Shown here piece after piece: positions 16,321 through 35,008 of a DNA stretch of 64,000 nt. The stretch lies in assembly GCF_009914755.1 (NCBI RefSeq), contig NC_060947.1; one strand, given 5' to 3'. Under the pieces are notes generated by a model, which worked only from the letters and a program-made list of their open reading frames with translations, ran no database searches and had not been told where the DNA came from. How positions within the stretch are numbered: the first letter of the stretch is position 1; each line of letters starts with the position of its first letter. Source of the stretch: the human T2T-CHM13v2.0 reference genome, Homo sapiens. Made by a program: the position numbers and the translations under genes.

Positions 16321-18081
16321 CAGAGCTGGGATTTTCACTGCCACCAGATGGTCACAAAGCTATGCAACACTGGGGACATATACCAAAACGTTCTTTTTCT
16401 GAGATTCAAATTCACCTGTGCATCCTGGTTTTGATCGGGCTGCCCTGACTGTGGGTGAATCTTGATTTTCTGACTGAGGTCTGGCCACCATAAGATTGTC
16501 AGTCTGAACACCATTAGCCCAGACAAGGAGATGGGGGAAAAGTAAGTTGAAGAGGCTGAGCTGAGTGGGTAGTTCATGGGTAGTCCCTCCCATTGACAAC
16601 TGCTTTCTTTAATTCCCCATAGCTGCTTGTTTTCTTCCTAATTGCTCATTTCTTTTAAATGCCAATTGCAGGAAGAAAACTAAACAGTGTAATTCATGTG
16701 TGTGCTCCAGGCAAACTGAGCTGATTGTCTACGAGGCACCTTATTGTGTGGATTAAATAAGATCATGTCAATGAAAGCCCCTTAGCATCCAGGAGTTGCT
16801 CAATAAATGTTACTTTCCTTCTTTCCTGAAACATCAAGGATAACTTTAGACATCCTCAGCCTGGCTGTGGCTCAGAGAGAAAATCCAGCTGACCTTCTGA
16901 TCCCTGAATGCCATTATTATTTTAGTAACCAATGCTTTTATTGAAAAAATAAGCCATGGTTAACAAAAATCCAGGCAGTATAAAATTGTATACGATGAAA
17001 AGGAAGTCTCTCTCCTATCCCAGGGCACAGTCCTCCACTTCCTCTCCCTAGAGGCAACCACTGTTACCAATGTATTCTTCCAGAGGAGTTCCATGCATAT
17101 GCATACCTATATATAACCCTCTCATTTCCCTCCAATGTGAACATACTAGACACACTGCTCTGTATCTTCACATGCTATTTTTAGCTCCTAATTGCCTGGC
17201 TGCGGTGGGATACAGGCAGTTGATCCTGAGGGTCCTTATGAAAAACAGCCCTTTGAAACTTGTTGCTACCGCTATTGAAAGGATGTTGTCAAGGATGTTG
17301 TTCATTGTATCCCACAGTATCGTCTCTGAGGACCCCCGGGAGGAATTCCTGTCTGATCTTAGTACTGAAAACACTTGCCCTTCTGAGCGATTCGTTTGTT
17401 TTTATCTCCTGGACATTGTGAATTGTATAACAACAAGGTTTCCCCTTCCCTGTTGGCTGCTAGAAAGCTTTAGTTAGAGCCAACTTTTTGGCCCACCCTT
17501 TGTGGGAGCAGAGGTTTTTATGGTATGTATCTGTAGCCTGATGCTTGGCCGTATTTTGTGTCCACCCTCCCCTGCTTTTCTATCTTTAATTTATGCTGCC
17601 TTGACATACCTTGTGTGCCCTGGCAAGCTACCTGAAATCACTTCTGAAAAAAGGCAAAGTTGGAGTAATTAAATAACTGCCTGGCTCAGCAGCTCACTAC
17701 CTTCAGTCTCCACCCACCCTCTCTTAACCCCCATCGTATCCTCTCAGCGGCTTCCTGGTGCTCCCCGCTGGCCTGTCTGGCAACTACTCTCCCCTTCAAC
17801 CTTTTGTCCTATCTGGCCCCTCATTGCTCTTGGGCCTTGCAGGTCCGCTACTGCTTGCAATGCCCCCACCCCCCACCCCCCGGCCCACATCCTCACCTCC
17901 ATATGCATCATGTGTAGCCATCAGATGCTTGCTTTGATCATTCTAGGACTGAAAACTCAGGCCCTTGGCTACATATTAGGACTGTTCTCTGTCTTTCCAA
18001 GGTTCAGTAATGCATGCTGCTAGAGCAGAGCCATCATAAAAGAAGGCTACCTCTCTGGACCAACCTGGGCAAAACTCCAGG

Positions 18082-18451
<370 letters not shown>

Positions 18452-18546
18452 CTAACCTTGTTTCCAAGGTGAAGAGCTTAGAGTCTGAAGGGCCAGGAAG
18501 GCAGAGTGGTCGTGAAAAAAGCATGAAGGCCCTACAGAAAAATTAG

Positions 18547-19133
<587 letters not shown>

Positions 19134-19410
19134 TGCATTTCCTTTTGATGCCTCTGCAGCATTGTCCATTTCTCACTGCAGTTAGATCAAGTGACTCGTA
19201 ATAAATGTCATTTTACTGTTTTCCTGATAGTCCTATCTGAGCTGAACGTGCTCAGCAGTTAATAGTGGCCTTTTTACATGGAGTTGCTATTTTTGGTTTT
19301 AAATATGTTTGATTCAGAAACCCTTGAAACAAAGTATAGAAACAATAACAGCTGATTCTAATGATTCATACTTACTGGGTCTATATGTACCAGTCCTGTT
19401 CAAAGCACTT

Positions 19411-19472
19411 ATTTACTTATTTTGAGACCATTACAGTGCTGGGATTACAGGCGTGAGCCACCATGCCCGGCC
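19411..19472 (-). mobile_element. Internally deleted 62-bp Alu remnant with intact TSD, inside a MIR
   Basis: TSD TGTTCAAAGCACTT at 19397-19410 and 19473-19486. Confidence 0.85.
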
Positions 19473-19608
19473 TGTTCAAAGCACTTTAGATTGATTATCT
19501 CATTCTTCACAACATCCCAGTGAGGTTGGCACCATCATAATAAGCACTTTATGAAGTCACAACCCAGATTTAACAGATGTTCACTTTTTGTCATATTTAC
19601 CCTAGATC

Positions 19609-22680
<3,072 letters not shown>

Positions 22681-22752
22681 CAATATAAATTTTTAAAACG
22701 TGTGTGGGTGGTGATTTTTTGAAACAATAGGACGTTTTAAAAAGTTTAAAAA

Positions 22753-23380
<628 letters not shown>

Positions 23381-23446
23381 AGTTTTTGTTTTTGTTTTTT
23401 TTTTAAAAAAAAACCCTTTTGACATAGGTAAAAGTGGAGCTATTCT

Positions 23447-23480
23447 ATTAGGCTGGTGCAAAAGTAATTGTGGTTTTTTT
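23447..23480. mobile_element. Half MADE1 (Hsmar1 MITE terminal repeat)
   Basis: TTAGGCTGGTGCAAAAGTAATTGTGGTTTTT. Confidence 0.75.
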
Positions 23481-23692
23481 GGAGTGGAGTGTTGATCCTA
23501 CAGCCCCATCTGCCCACTGTCCTCCTCCCTCCTGCCTCCACTCTCACCACCAGCAGCTACTGGGGTAGTTCCACAGAGGCAGCTCTGTGGAACTTTAGTG
23601 CTCTGGGAAGCTCAGCTGGAAAATCTGCAGGATAAAGTCCAAACTGTCACACAACAAAGAAAACAATAAGAACAATAGAAAAAGACTTCCCC

Positions 23693-24693
<1,001 letters not shown>

Positions 24694-25413
24694 AGTGGGA
24701 GGCTTTTTCAAACTCAGAGTGCTCAGAGAATTGCATTATTTTGGCCTGGGTGCCTCGAGGACAGCTATCTTATTTTGTTTATCTCTGTATGCCACAGTGC
24801 TTGGTTTGTAACAGGTGCCCAATCAACGTTTGGAGAATGGCCCAGTAGACTGAAGTGATGAACTTGACCCTATTAATAGACCCTATTAATATGGTACTTT
24901 AACCAACAGGACAAACTAGATATGGCTATCTTTACTGATAAGAAAGAAATACACTGAGCCTGGCTTCTTCTTTCCCACCCTGAAAGATATAAACAATGTA
25001 TCCCTTCTGAACTTAGCAAGTTCCTGAAGGGAAAGACAGGCTTCTCAAAGCCAGCTGGTGTTGGCAGCCTTCTTGAACCATATTTGGCCTGAGTGGGAGC
25101 ACAACAGGACCTCCAGGTAATGAGCACACGATCACTACAATGTGTGGAGCTGCAGAGTGAAGAAAACAAACATTGTATTCTTTATATTGTTTACACTAAC
25201 TTCATAAAAGCATTTCACACAGGTGGAGGGGCAATGACCCAAGAAGACTATCAACAGGGAGAAGGGGGGTAGTGGGGAGGGAAGTCTGCAAATTCATCAG
25301 CAATCCTCCCTGAAAAACATGCTGAGGTGGCTCCCACTATCTACCTCATGTTTTTTGTCAAAGAAGCAGCAAGGGAAAGAGGACTTAACAAATAACAGCT
25401 GCCATTTATTTAG

Positions 25414-26322
<909 letters not shown>

Positions 26323-26604
26323 TGACATGGTCTTCAAGGGGAGGGAATGTGACCATAAGTACACTGGGTAGAAAAATAGAACAGGAAGCCCAGAGAGGCT
26401 CACCAGTCACCAGTCACCACTCAGTTGGTGCTGGGACTCATTGGTGACGGGGTCGGGGGGTAGGGTGGGGTGAAAGAAGGTGCTTTTCCAAGAGGTGCTG
26501 TTGTGTGCACAGAGACAAAGCAGAGCTGGGGCAGAAAGCTGGGAAGGCAACTTTCTTCTGAGGGGGGCCAGACCACTAGGCTGCCTCGGGAATGGGCAAA
26601 CGGC

Positions 26605-27160
26605 CCCAACAGCCACTCCTAGGTATATACCCCAAAGAATTGAAAGCAGAGGCTCGGACAGATACTTGTACACCAATGTGTTTACAGCAGCATTCTTCAC
26701 AATAGTCCAAAGGTAGAAACAACCCTTAAGTGTCTATCAATGGATGAATGGATAAACAAAATGTGGTATATCCATACAGTAGACAATTACTCAGCCTTAA
26801 AAGGAAAGAAACTCTGGCACATGCTACAACATGAAGATTATGCTAACTGAATAAGCCAGACACAAAAGGACAAATATTGCATGATTCTGCTTATATTAGG
26901 GACCTAGAATAGTCAAATTCATAAGAGACAGAACATAGAATGGTGATTACTAGGGGCTAGGGGGAGGGGAGAATGGGTATATTCTCTACCCTCACTCTGG
27001 GGGCGGGTTTGTGGGGGGGATTATTGTTTAATGGGTATGGAGTTTTGCAACATGAAAAGAGTTCTGGAGGTGGAGAGTGGTAATTGTTGCAGAATAATGT
27101 AAATGTACTTATTGTCACTGAATTATGCACTTAAAAATGATTCAAATGGCAAAAATTTTT
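26605..27160 (+). mobile_element. L1M (L1MB-like) 3' end
   Basis: CCACTCCTAGGTATATACCCAAAGAATTGAAAGCAG...ATGGATAAACAAAATGTGGTATATCCATACA...CACTTAAAAATG. Confidence 0.85.
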
Positions 27161-27161
27161 A

Positions 27162-27662
<501 letters not shown>

Positions 27663-27895
27663 TTAAAACACCACGAAAACAAAAACAAAACAGCCCGTGC
27701 AGCAGCCTGGTCCACTGAGCTTGCAGCCCAGACATTGGTGGTGGGTTTTGAGGTCTAAAAATAGGGCCTCCTATGGCAAAAATTGGTCACCTGGACAGGA
27801 ACAGCAGTGAGAGCTTATTGCCTGAAGAGGGGGCAAGAGAGCTCTGGGACGGTGAGTTTCCTCACCTACCCCATCTCCCTTTCCCCCCTCCCTCC

Positions 27896-27938
27896 GTGTG
27901 TGCGTGCGTGCGTGCGTGCGTGTGTGTGTGTGTGTGTG
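27896..27938. repeat. (TGCG)n(TG)n alternating purine-pyrimidine repeat
   Basis: GTGTGTGCGTGCGTGCGTGCGTGCGTGTGTGTGTGTGTGTGTG. Confidence 0.95.
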
Positions 27939-28189
27939 GTGTGCACCTCACCACCCCACCCCACTCCAGAGCAGACAGACCGCCAGCCCAGCAGAAGCAA
28001 CTGGGTGTGGCCTGACTCCCAGGGAGTCCTGGGGAATCCCTGCAACTGAGCAAATTTCGCTCCTGCCTCTTCCAGGTTCTCCAGGGAGCTGTCCTCTCCT
28101 CTGAGGTCCAAGTTAGCTAGCCTATTCTCCAGTGAAAAAACTGATAGAAGGTATCCAGTTTTCAGGATTGTCTGGGGGGAAATGGAGGC

Positions 28190-28410
28190 AGTCCAGCAGA
28201 AAGATCATCGATTCAAGTGTAGCGGACTTGGGTTCAAATCCTGATTCTCCCACTTAGTAGAGTATGACCTTGGCCACAGTGTTTAACCTCTCTGTGCTTC
28301 AGTTTCCTTGGCTGTAAAACAGTACAGGGACCCATCTCAAAACTGTTGAGGATTAAATGAGATGTGCAAAGCACTTACAATAGTAAGTGTGAGATAAGCA
28401 TCAGCTAGGA
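28190..28410 (+). mobile_element. MIR
   Basis: GGGTTCAAATCCTG..CCACTT..TGACCTTGG..TTAACCTCTCTGTGCTTCAGTTTCC. Confidence 0.8.
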
Positions 28411-30049
28411 TTACCTCATGAAGTGATTATTAAATGGTGAAAGGGTGGAAGCACCCAGTACCGTACAGGCCCTCAATCAGTGGTAGCTGATATAACGATG
28501 CTAATAATAACGATGAAGGTGCAGAGGCCCGAGAACCTAGCAGTCAGAGCAATGGCCAGAGGAATGTGGAGATGCCTAGTGCTGGCAGAGAAAGGAAAGC
28601 CCTGTTTCAGGGGCTCTAGGGAAGACAGTGGCAGCAAGTCCCTAGAGAGCACTGCTTGGCATCTCCTCTAGGTTGTTGCTCTGTGGCTCAGGCAGCCATT
28701 CAAATGCATGGGAAGGGAAGGAAAGAACCAGCAGTAGACATCCAGTGACACTGTTGGCCTTCCACCCATGGGAAACCTTCAGAGGAAGGGGAAGGGGCGG
28801 GGCCACCTTGGAGTCTCCAGGGACCAGCTGTACAGTAACAGCCTTTTTTTTATTATTATTTTTTATTTTCTCAATTCCTCCCCTCTTGGTGTCAAGCTTG
28901 TTTTTGTGGCTGGAGAGGAAAGGCATGGGCGGGGCTCGGCTGCACAGCACTTGGAACCACAAACCCGCCCCCAGAGTGAGGGTACAGAATGTACCCAGAC
29001 TGCAAACCACACCCTTGTGGCTTGGGGAGGCCCCTGAGGTGGGCTGCGGAACTGTCACACTACATTGTTTGAGCCCTGCACCTAGCAACCAGCCTGGGAG
29101 CCTGCAGTGCTCAGACAACGGGGTGTACTCAGGGGCCAGGACTGAGTTAAAGGACCTTCTGCCAAATGGTCCCCCAGGACTAAGGATCCCTCTGATCGGA
29201 AAAAGAGGTCCATGGACCCCTGACACCCTCCTGGGACCAGATTAAGTCTGAAGCTGGCCTAGGAGAGGTTCCAGCCAAAGGCTACAGCCTGCAGACACTC
29301 CCAGTCACATCCAGATCCTCCTCCACCCCCAACCAATTTAGGGGAGCAGATTCTGCTTCCCTTTACCTGTCCTCCCCACCCCACTCCCTCTCAGGGAGGC
29401 CCCTCCTCCCAGGGAGGTTGCCCTCCCTCCCCCAGTCAGGGAGGCCTATGTAGGGTTTCCAGAGCAGTGAAGGGAGGAAACCAGATGGGACCTTTTGGGA
29501 GGGTGGAGACAGTTTTCCGAAGCCTGAAGTGACTTGAAAATGACAGAAGGTTGGGAGGGGGGCCAAACCCACAGCAGAGAGGGGAGGGACTTCCAGTTGG
29601 ACGGGTTAGAGGAAGAAGGTCCTGTGAAACCCGGGTGAAATTCAGCAGGGATGAGTGCAAGGGGTTCGTTAGTGACAAAACCTAACAACATAATTTGGCT
29701 CGACACAAATAAACAAGGAAAACACCAAGTGAAGGAGGGAGTTGACCACAAGCTGAGTAAGATTCAGCGTCAAAATAGAGCACAGCTCACTTCTGTGGAC
29801 CACATTTTCCAAAGCAAAGATCAGGACACATATTTGACAAGGATGAATGTACTTATGGGGAAACAAGCCCGAGTGTTTGAAGCTGAGACTCTCCCCAGCA
29901 AACATGGGTCCTAAGCTTGTTGAGACCATGCTCTGTGACAGTCTAGAGTCTTCATCAGACAGCCATGTCCATCATCTGGGGAAAAGGGAAAAGGCTCAGA
30001 ATAGGAAGAAAGATGAAAGATGGGGCCTCGGGGCAGAGATTGGTGAAGT

Positions 30050-30270
30050 AGAGGCAGTGTAGTGAGGCGGAAAGAGTTCAGGCTTTGTCACTTAGTGGCT
30101 GTGCAACATCAGGAAAGTTACTTAACCTCTCTGAGCTCCAGTTTCTGCGTCTTTAAAACTTGGGTAATAATCTTTGCCCTAAAGGTTGTTGTGAAGATTT
30201 AAGTGATTCACAAAATATATAAAGCACTAAGCACATAGTAGGTCCTCAAGAAATGCTTGGCTGTCCATTT
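30050..30270 (+). mobile_element. MIR
   Basis: AAGTTACTTAACCTCTCTGAGCTCCAGTTTC...TATAAAGCACTAAGCACATAG. Confidence 0.8.
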
Positions 30271-30414
30271 GGAGAAGGGAGAAATAAGATGAGAAGATTT
30301 TATAAGGAGGCTACTAAGCAGTAATTTTCCCACACTCATGGAAACTGGAACAAAAAGAAAGACTATGGCTGGAGTAGAAAGGATTTGGGTGGGTTTGGGA
30401 AGAACCTGGTGACT

Positions 30415-31250
30415 GTCAGAAGTTGCAAACTGGTGGCTAACAGACTGAATCCAGCCCTTGGGCAGGTTTTGTTTGGCCTGAACAGTGTTTTCCATAAATT
30501 TGAATTAGTTGCCAACCTTTTAAAAAGTGGAAGATTTCACATAAAAATCCACATATTGGCTTCTTTTGCAAAAAAGCAGAGAATCTAGCAACTCTGGACC
30601 CTCATGGCTGCATGGCAATGATTGTGGGAAGGGAGTAAGGGCCGTTTGTTTTAGAGGGTTTTTCATGCCAGTGCTTTGCAAACCGTAATGTGTGTAATTG
30701 CGACATCCAGACGGAGCAAATCCTTAGAGACAGAAAGTACAGCAGCGGTTGCCCATGGCTGTGGGGAGGGAAATGGGGACTGACTGCTAAAGGGTCTGGG
30801 GTTTCTTTTTGGAGTGATGAAAATGGAACCAGATAGAGGTGGTGGTTACACAACATTCTGAATATACTAACAACTTCTTAATTGTACACATTAAAAGGGT
30901 GAATTTTATGGCATGTGAATGATACTTTAATAGGGCTGTTATTTTTAAAATGCAAATGCTGATTCAGTAGATCCCAGCTGGGGCTCAAGATTCTGCATTT
31001 CTGACAAGCTCCCAGTTGTGGTTCATGCTGCCGGGCTTGGGACCAGCTCTGAGCAGCGAGCTCTTGCACTGCTGGTTTTCAGAGTCAGCTGCACATTGGA
31101 ACCACCTGGGGAGTTTAGAAAAACACTCCTGCCTAGGTCTCACCCCCTGGGATTCTGATAACATTGGTGTAAGGTGAGACCCGGGTGTCCGGATTTGTAA
31201 AAGCTCCCCAGGTGATTATAATTTGCAGCCAATTTTGAGAACCACCCTCT
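30415..31250. mobile_element. Cluster: hAT-Charlie MITE (~30415-30600), L1M 3' fragment (~30700-30945), two MER5A-like copies (~30950-31250)
   Basis: CAGAAGTTGCAAACTGGTGGC..GTTTTGTTTGGCC; GTTTCTTTTTGGAGTGATGAAAATG; ATTCTGCATTTCTGACAAGCTCCCAG. Confidence 0.65.
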
Positions 31251-31529
31251 TGTACCCTGGCCACTTTCCCCTTTCCCCTTACCTGCCTAGGCAGGCTCTC
31301 AGGCATTTGACCCCTGCTCTCCTCTAAACCCCAAAGCTTGGCTTCCAAGGCTGTGCCAGGGCGGCCAGCCCTGCCTGCCTCTCCACCTCCTCCCTGCCCA
31401 CCCCTCATCCCACTGTAGTTCTGGGATTCTGAGGCCAAACCTTCATTGCCTCCCCCACTTTTTCCCGCCTCCCTAGTTAGCGGAGCTTGTTTTGTTTTCT
31501 TGGGCAGCTTTGAGTGAGGACATGTGTCA

Positions 31530-31935
31530 GAGGCGTTTGGAAAATCTAAAGAACTCACGTCCTTCCCTGGTGCCTCTTGTCCCCACTCCAGTCACCCGGA
31601 ACTCACCAGGAGCCCCAGGCAGGGCGAAGCGTCCCGGTCCCGCCCTCGTCTGGCGGCCGCATGGAGGCCCACATGCCTTACGCTCCCCAAGCCGGGGCCG
31701 CGTGGGGCGACATGTGCTGCCGGTCACAGGGGAGGGTGGCCAGAGGCAAGTGATGCTGATCAGCATGGGCTTGGAAGCCGCCTAAGAACCAACCACAGCG
31801 ACTTTTCCAGTGGGATGAGGAGGACGGGGAGGAGAAAAAAGTGGGCGGGGGCGGGGGAGGAGATCTTACACCAAGGCTTACTGGGTAATTTATTATTGCG
31901 TGAGAGCGTCTTAGAGCAGCAGCCCTGATCAACGT
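31530..31935. promoter_or_regulatory. CpG-rich island-like element with GC boxes
   Basis: Roughly two dozen CpGs in ~400 bp of non-repeat DNA (counted by eye); GGGCGGGGGCGGGGG at 31843-31857. Confidence 0.6.
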
Positions 31936-31987
31936 CCAGACATAGCAAGTCATTCCAAGTGAAAAGAGGTTACAACCACAAAAAGAC

Positions 31988-32002
31988 AGAACATTTCGTT
32001 CT
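31988..32002. promoter_or_regulatory. GRE-like palindrome
   Basis: AGAACAtttCGTTCT, one mismatch from AGAACAnnnTGTTCT. Confidence 0.5.
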
Positions 32003-32475
32003 GAGTGGGAGGGAGACAGCTGGGCAAGGCCAATGGAAAGGCCCCCCAGCCAGGCTTGCTTTTAAAGTACTGCTACCATTTCCCAGCTATTTTAAGCATA
32101 ACATCGCCAATTTTTTTCCCCCACTGACTACCTGTTTTCTCTGTGAAGGCGGCTTGAATGCAGCTGTGTGTGTCCTCTTTTTCTCAGGTGCTTGCTTTTT
32201 TCCTAGAGATTGGAAAGGAGTTAATGAGATTCTACCTAGAAGGTACGGAAGAAGCTGGGAAATAAAGCTGACAAATCAAGGACTTGATTGCCAAGGCGAT
32301 CCTAATTGATTTAGCACCAGGGACATTTTCACACTTGCTCTCCATAACTCATCTGAGGTGGAGGGGAAGTAAGTGCCTTTGGAGAGACCTGTGGGCACTT
32401 TGGAGAGCAAAAAACGCTGCCTCCGGTGGTGGGTCAACCTCAGGAATTCCCTCTCTTTTCAAGAATAGCTTTCCC

Positions 32476-32785
32476 GGCTGGGCATGCTGGCTCACGCCTG
32501 TAATCCCTACACTTTGGGAGGCCGAGGCGGGTAGATCACTTGAGGTCAGGAGTTCGAGACCAGCCTGGCCAACGTGCTTGAAACTCCGTCTCTACTAAAA
32601 ATACAAAAAATTAGTGGGGCATAGTGGTGCATGCCTGTAATCCCAGCTACTCAGAAGGCTGAGGCAGGAGAATCACTTGAGCCCAGGAGGCAGAGATTGC
32701 AGTGAGCCAAGACCCTGCCACTGTACTCCAGCCTGAGCAACAGAGCCAGACTCCGTCTCAAAAAACAAAACAAAACAAAAAAGAA
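32476..32785 (+). mobile_element. AluS
   Basis: Full dimer; TSD AAGA(A/T)TAGCTT(T/C)CCC. Confidence 0.9.
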
Positions 32786-33449
32786 AAGATTAGCTTCCCC
32801 CTTGGGTTTTCAGTGGTTGGTGTGAACTGTGGCACGTGGATGCCTGCAAGAGAGCAATCGAAGGTGGCAGTGCTGGGCTGGACTGAGGGGGCTGCCAGGA
32901 GGGCTATGTAGGAGGTGATCTTTTGAGCTTTTTAAACTTCTTGTTCCTTCCTTCCACCCAAGAGATCAGAAACTCAGCTGGGGTGGAGGCTGTGGCCCCG
33001 GGGAAGCCCAGCTTTGGACAGGATGGGAGCTGGACATTCTCAGAAAGCTCAGTCCCTTGGTGGCTGCTTCCCCACATGGAAAAAGTGTTGACGGGACAGA
33101 CTCTCAGCGTCTCTTCTGCCCAGCCTGGCTTAGCCAGCTTGCTCTCTGTCCCTGTCCTTTGTTCCCTGTCTCTGGCTCCTTCTCCTACAATGGCACAAGA
33201 CAGAAAAGGCAAAGTGCTGAGGTATAGAGGGCAAGTGGCTCCGAATTAGGGTGAAAGTCCCAGGGAGAACTGCCATCTGTGGAGCAAGGACTGAGATTGT
33301 CTGAGAAGGATCCATGAGGAAGCTCTGTGGCCAGGCAATGGTGGCCCGAAGGGGATGGTCCTGAGCTGTGGCCTTGGGGAAAAAGGTCTGATGAGGGATG
33401 AGGGAACCAAGAGGGGACGATGGGCATAAAATCGAAGGGGGATAATCAT

Positions 33450-33690
33450 AATAACTAACGCTTATTAAATCCTTACTATGTGCCAGATGCAAGGCTAAAT
33501 GCTTACCTGAATAATCTCATTTAATCCTAGCATGTACCTTTATTATCACAATTTTGCACTTTGGTAGCGGACATTCTGGCTCAGAGAGGTTGAGTAATTT
33601 GTCCAAGTTCTGCAGCTAGTGAGGGGAGAATGAAGCCTAGAACTCAGATGCATCTGAGTTTAGAGCCACTCCCCTTAACCACCATACTAG
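33450..33690 (-). mobile_element. MIR
   Basis: CTTACTATGTGCCAG..ATCTCATTTAATCC..GGCTCAGAGAGGTTGAGTAATTTGTCCAAG. Confidence 0.8.
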
Positions 33691-34867
33691 GCAGCCTCCC
33701 CACTAACTACATAATGGCCTCAGAGGTTACCAAGGAAGGTGCTGGCAACTCCATCCCAAGCCCCGAGGGACCACTGCTTCCCAGATCCTAGAGAAAGACA
33801 GCAAGGATCTTGGGCAAATTCTAACCCTACCTTTGCATCCCATGGGGAAGAGCCCTTCCCTGCTATCACCCTCCTCCTGTCCCTGATGAAGCCATGTGCA
33901 GATCCATGTGCAGCTATGAGGTCACAGGATGGGGGCGGGACTTGAGGTTAGCTCAAGCATCTGGGCCAGGGTGGAGCAAATCAACACACAGAAGCAGGCT
34001 CTGCCTTCCTGACTCTTGCATCCCCAAGGGGTACTAGGCTTGAGCTTAGGAGAGTGTTCTAGATACTCCTGGCCAGCAGCAGGGCTGAGATGGGGCATCT
34101 TTTTCATCAGTTGTGCTGAAAGTCACCCCCAAAAAAAGGCCAGCATTGTTTTGGCACCTGTTGTGTCCCCCTGTGTGAAGCTTTCTGAAAGAGTTTGCAC
34201 AGGAGGCTGTTTGGAGTGTTCTTTGGGGTTGCCTGGCCCTTCCCCTGGCAGGCAGGACCTTCTGTCCAGGGACAGTGATTCACCCAGCCCAGAATGCTCA
34301 CATCTGCATGGGAGAACACTGCTCTGGATGGGCGCCGGGGCCCAAGAGGGAAAGGGAAGTGTGCAGGACTGACTGGGGGAAAGCCTGGGAGAGGTTTCAG
34401 CTATGGCAGCTGCTCGGGCTCTTCTACCTAAGCCTTGCCTCCTTCCCTTGGGCAGCGGGAGGTAGTGAGGAAAATCACAGGATCCTCGATGCTCGCCTAG
34501 CCCCTACTTGGAGGCTGCTCCTTCTGCAAGCAACATCCCCATGCCTCACTCCCCCAGTGAGCACTTGTCATTAAGGTAGCACCCTCTGATTTGGGCTGAG
34601 TTGCTCCTGTATCCCACCTTCCTCTTTATGCCCACTCCTCTGCCATGGCTCAGGGCTTAATCCTTTGTCCCTTGAATTGCTGTGACAGCCTCCGAACTTG
34701 CTCCACCCAGCAACCCATTCTCCTTGCTCTATCCAAGCCATCTTTCTAAAAGGCATATCTGATCGGTCAGTCCTCAAGTTAAAACCCTTCAGGGCCTTCC
34801 TTTCCCCCAGGGCACAAAGTAAACACCATAGCATGGCATTCAAGATTTTCACAGTTTGGCCCAAACT

Positions 34868-35008
34868 TGCTGTCAGAAAACGCAGGATAGATGCCAGAAA
34901 ACGCAGGGATGCCCACTTAAATTTGCATTTTAGAAACACAACGTTTTAGTTCGAGTATGTCCCTTGCATTGTGTCCTGTATTTTTATTCATTACATCTGG
35001 AAATCCTA
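34868..35008. mobile_element. MER53-like palindromic DNA element, degraded, within L2
   Basis: GCCCACTTAAATTTGCATTT..AGTATGTCCC..TCCTGTATTTTTATT..ATCTGGAAATCCT. Confidence 0.6.

Noticed and set aside
17070-17477. 135-aa + and 68-aa - ORFs as a possible pseudogene or exon
   Set aside because: No recognisable protein, poly(A) tail or TSD; the start lies in L1-like sequence.
28642-29245. Overlapping antiparallel ORFs of 194 and 190 aa
   Set aside because: No recognisable domain, GC-rich context, and they cross a T-rich tract; compatible with chance. PhyloCSF would settle it.
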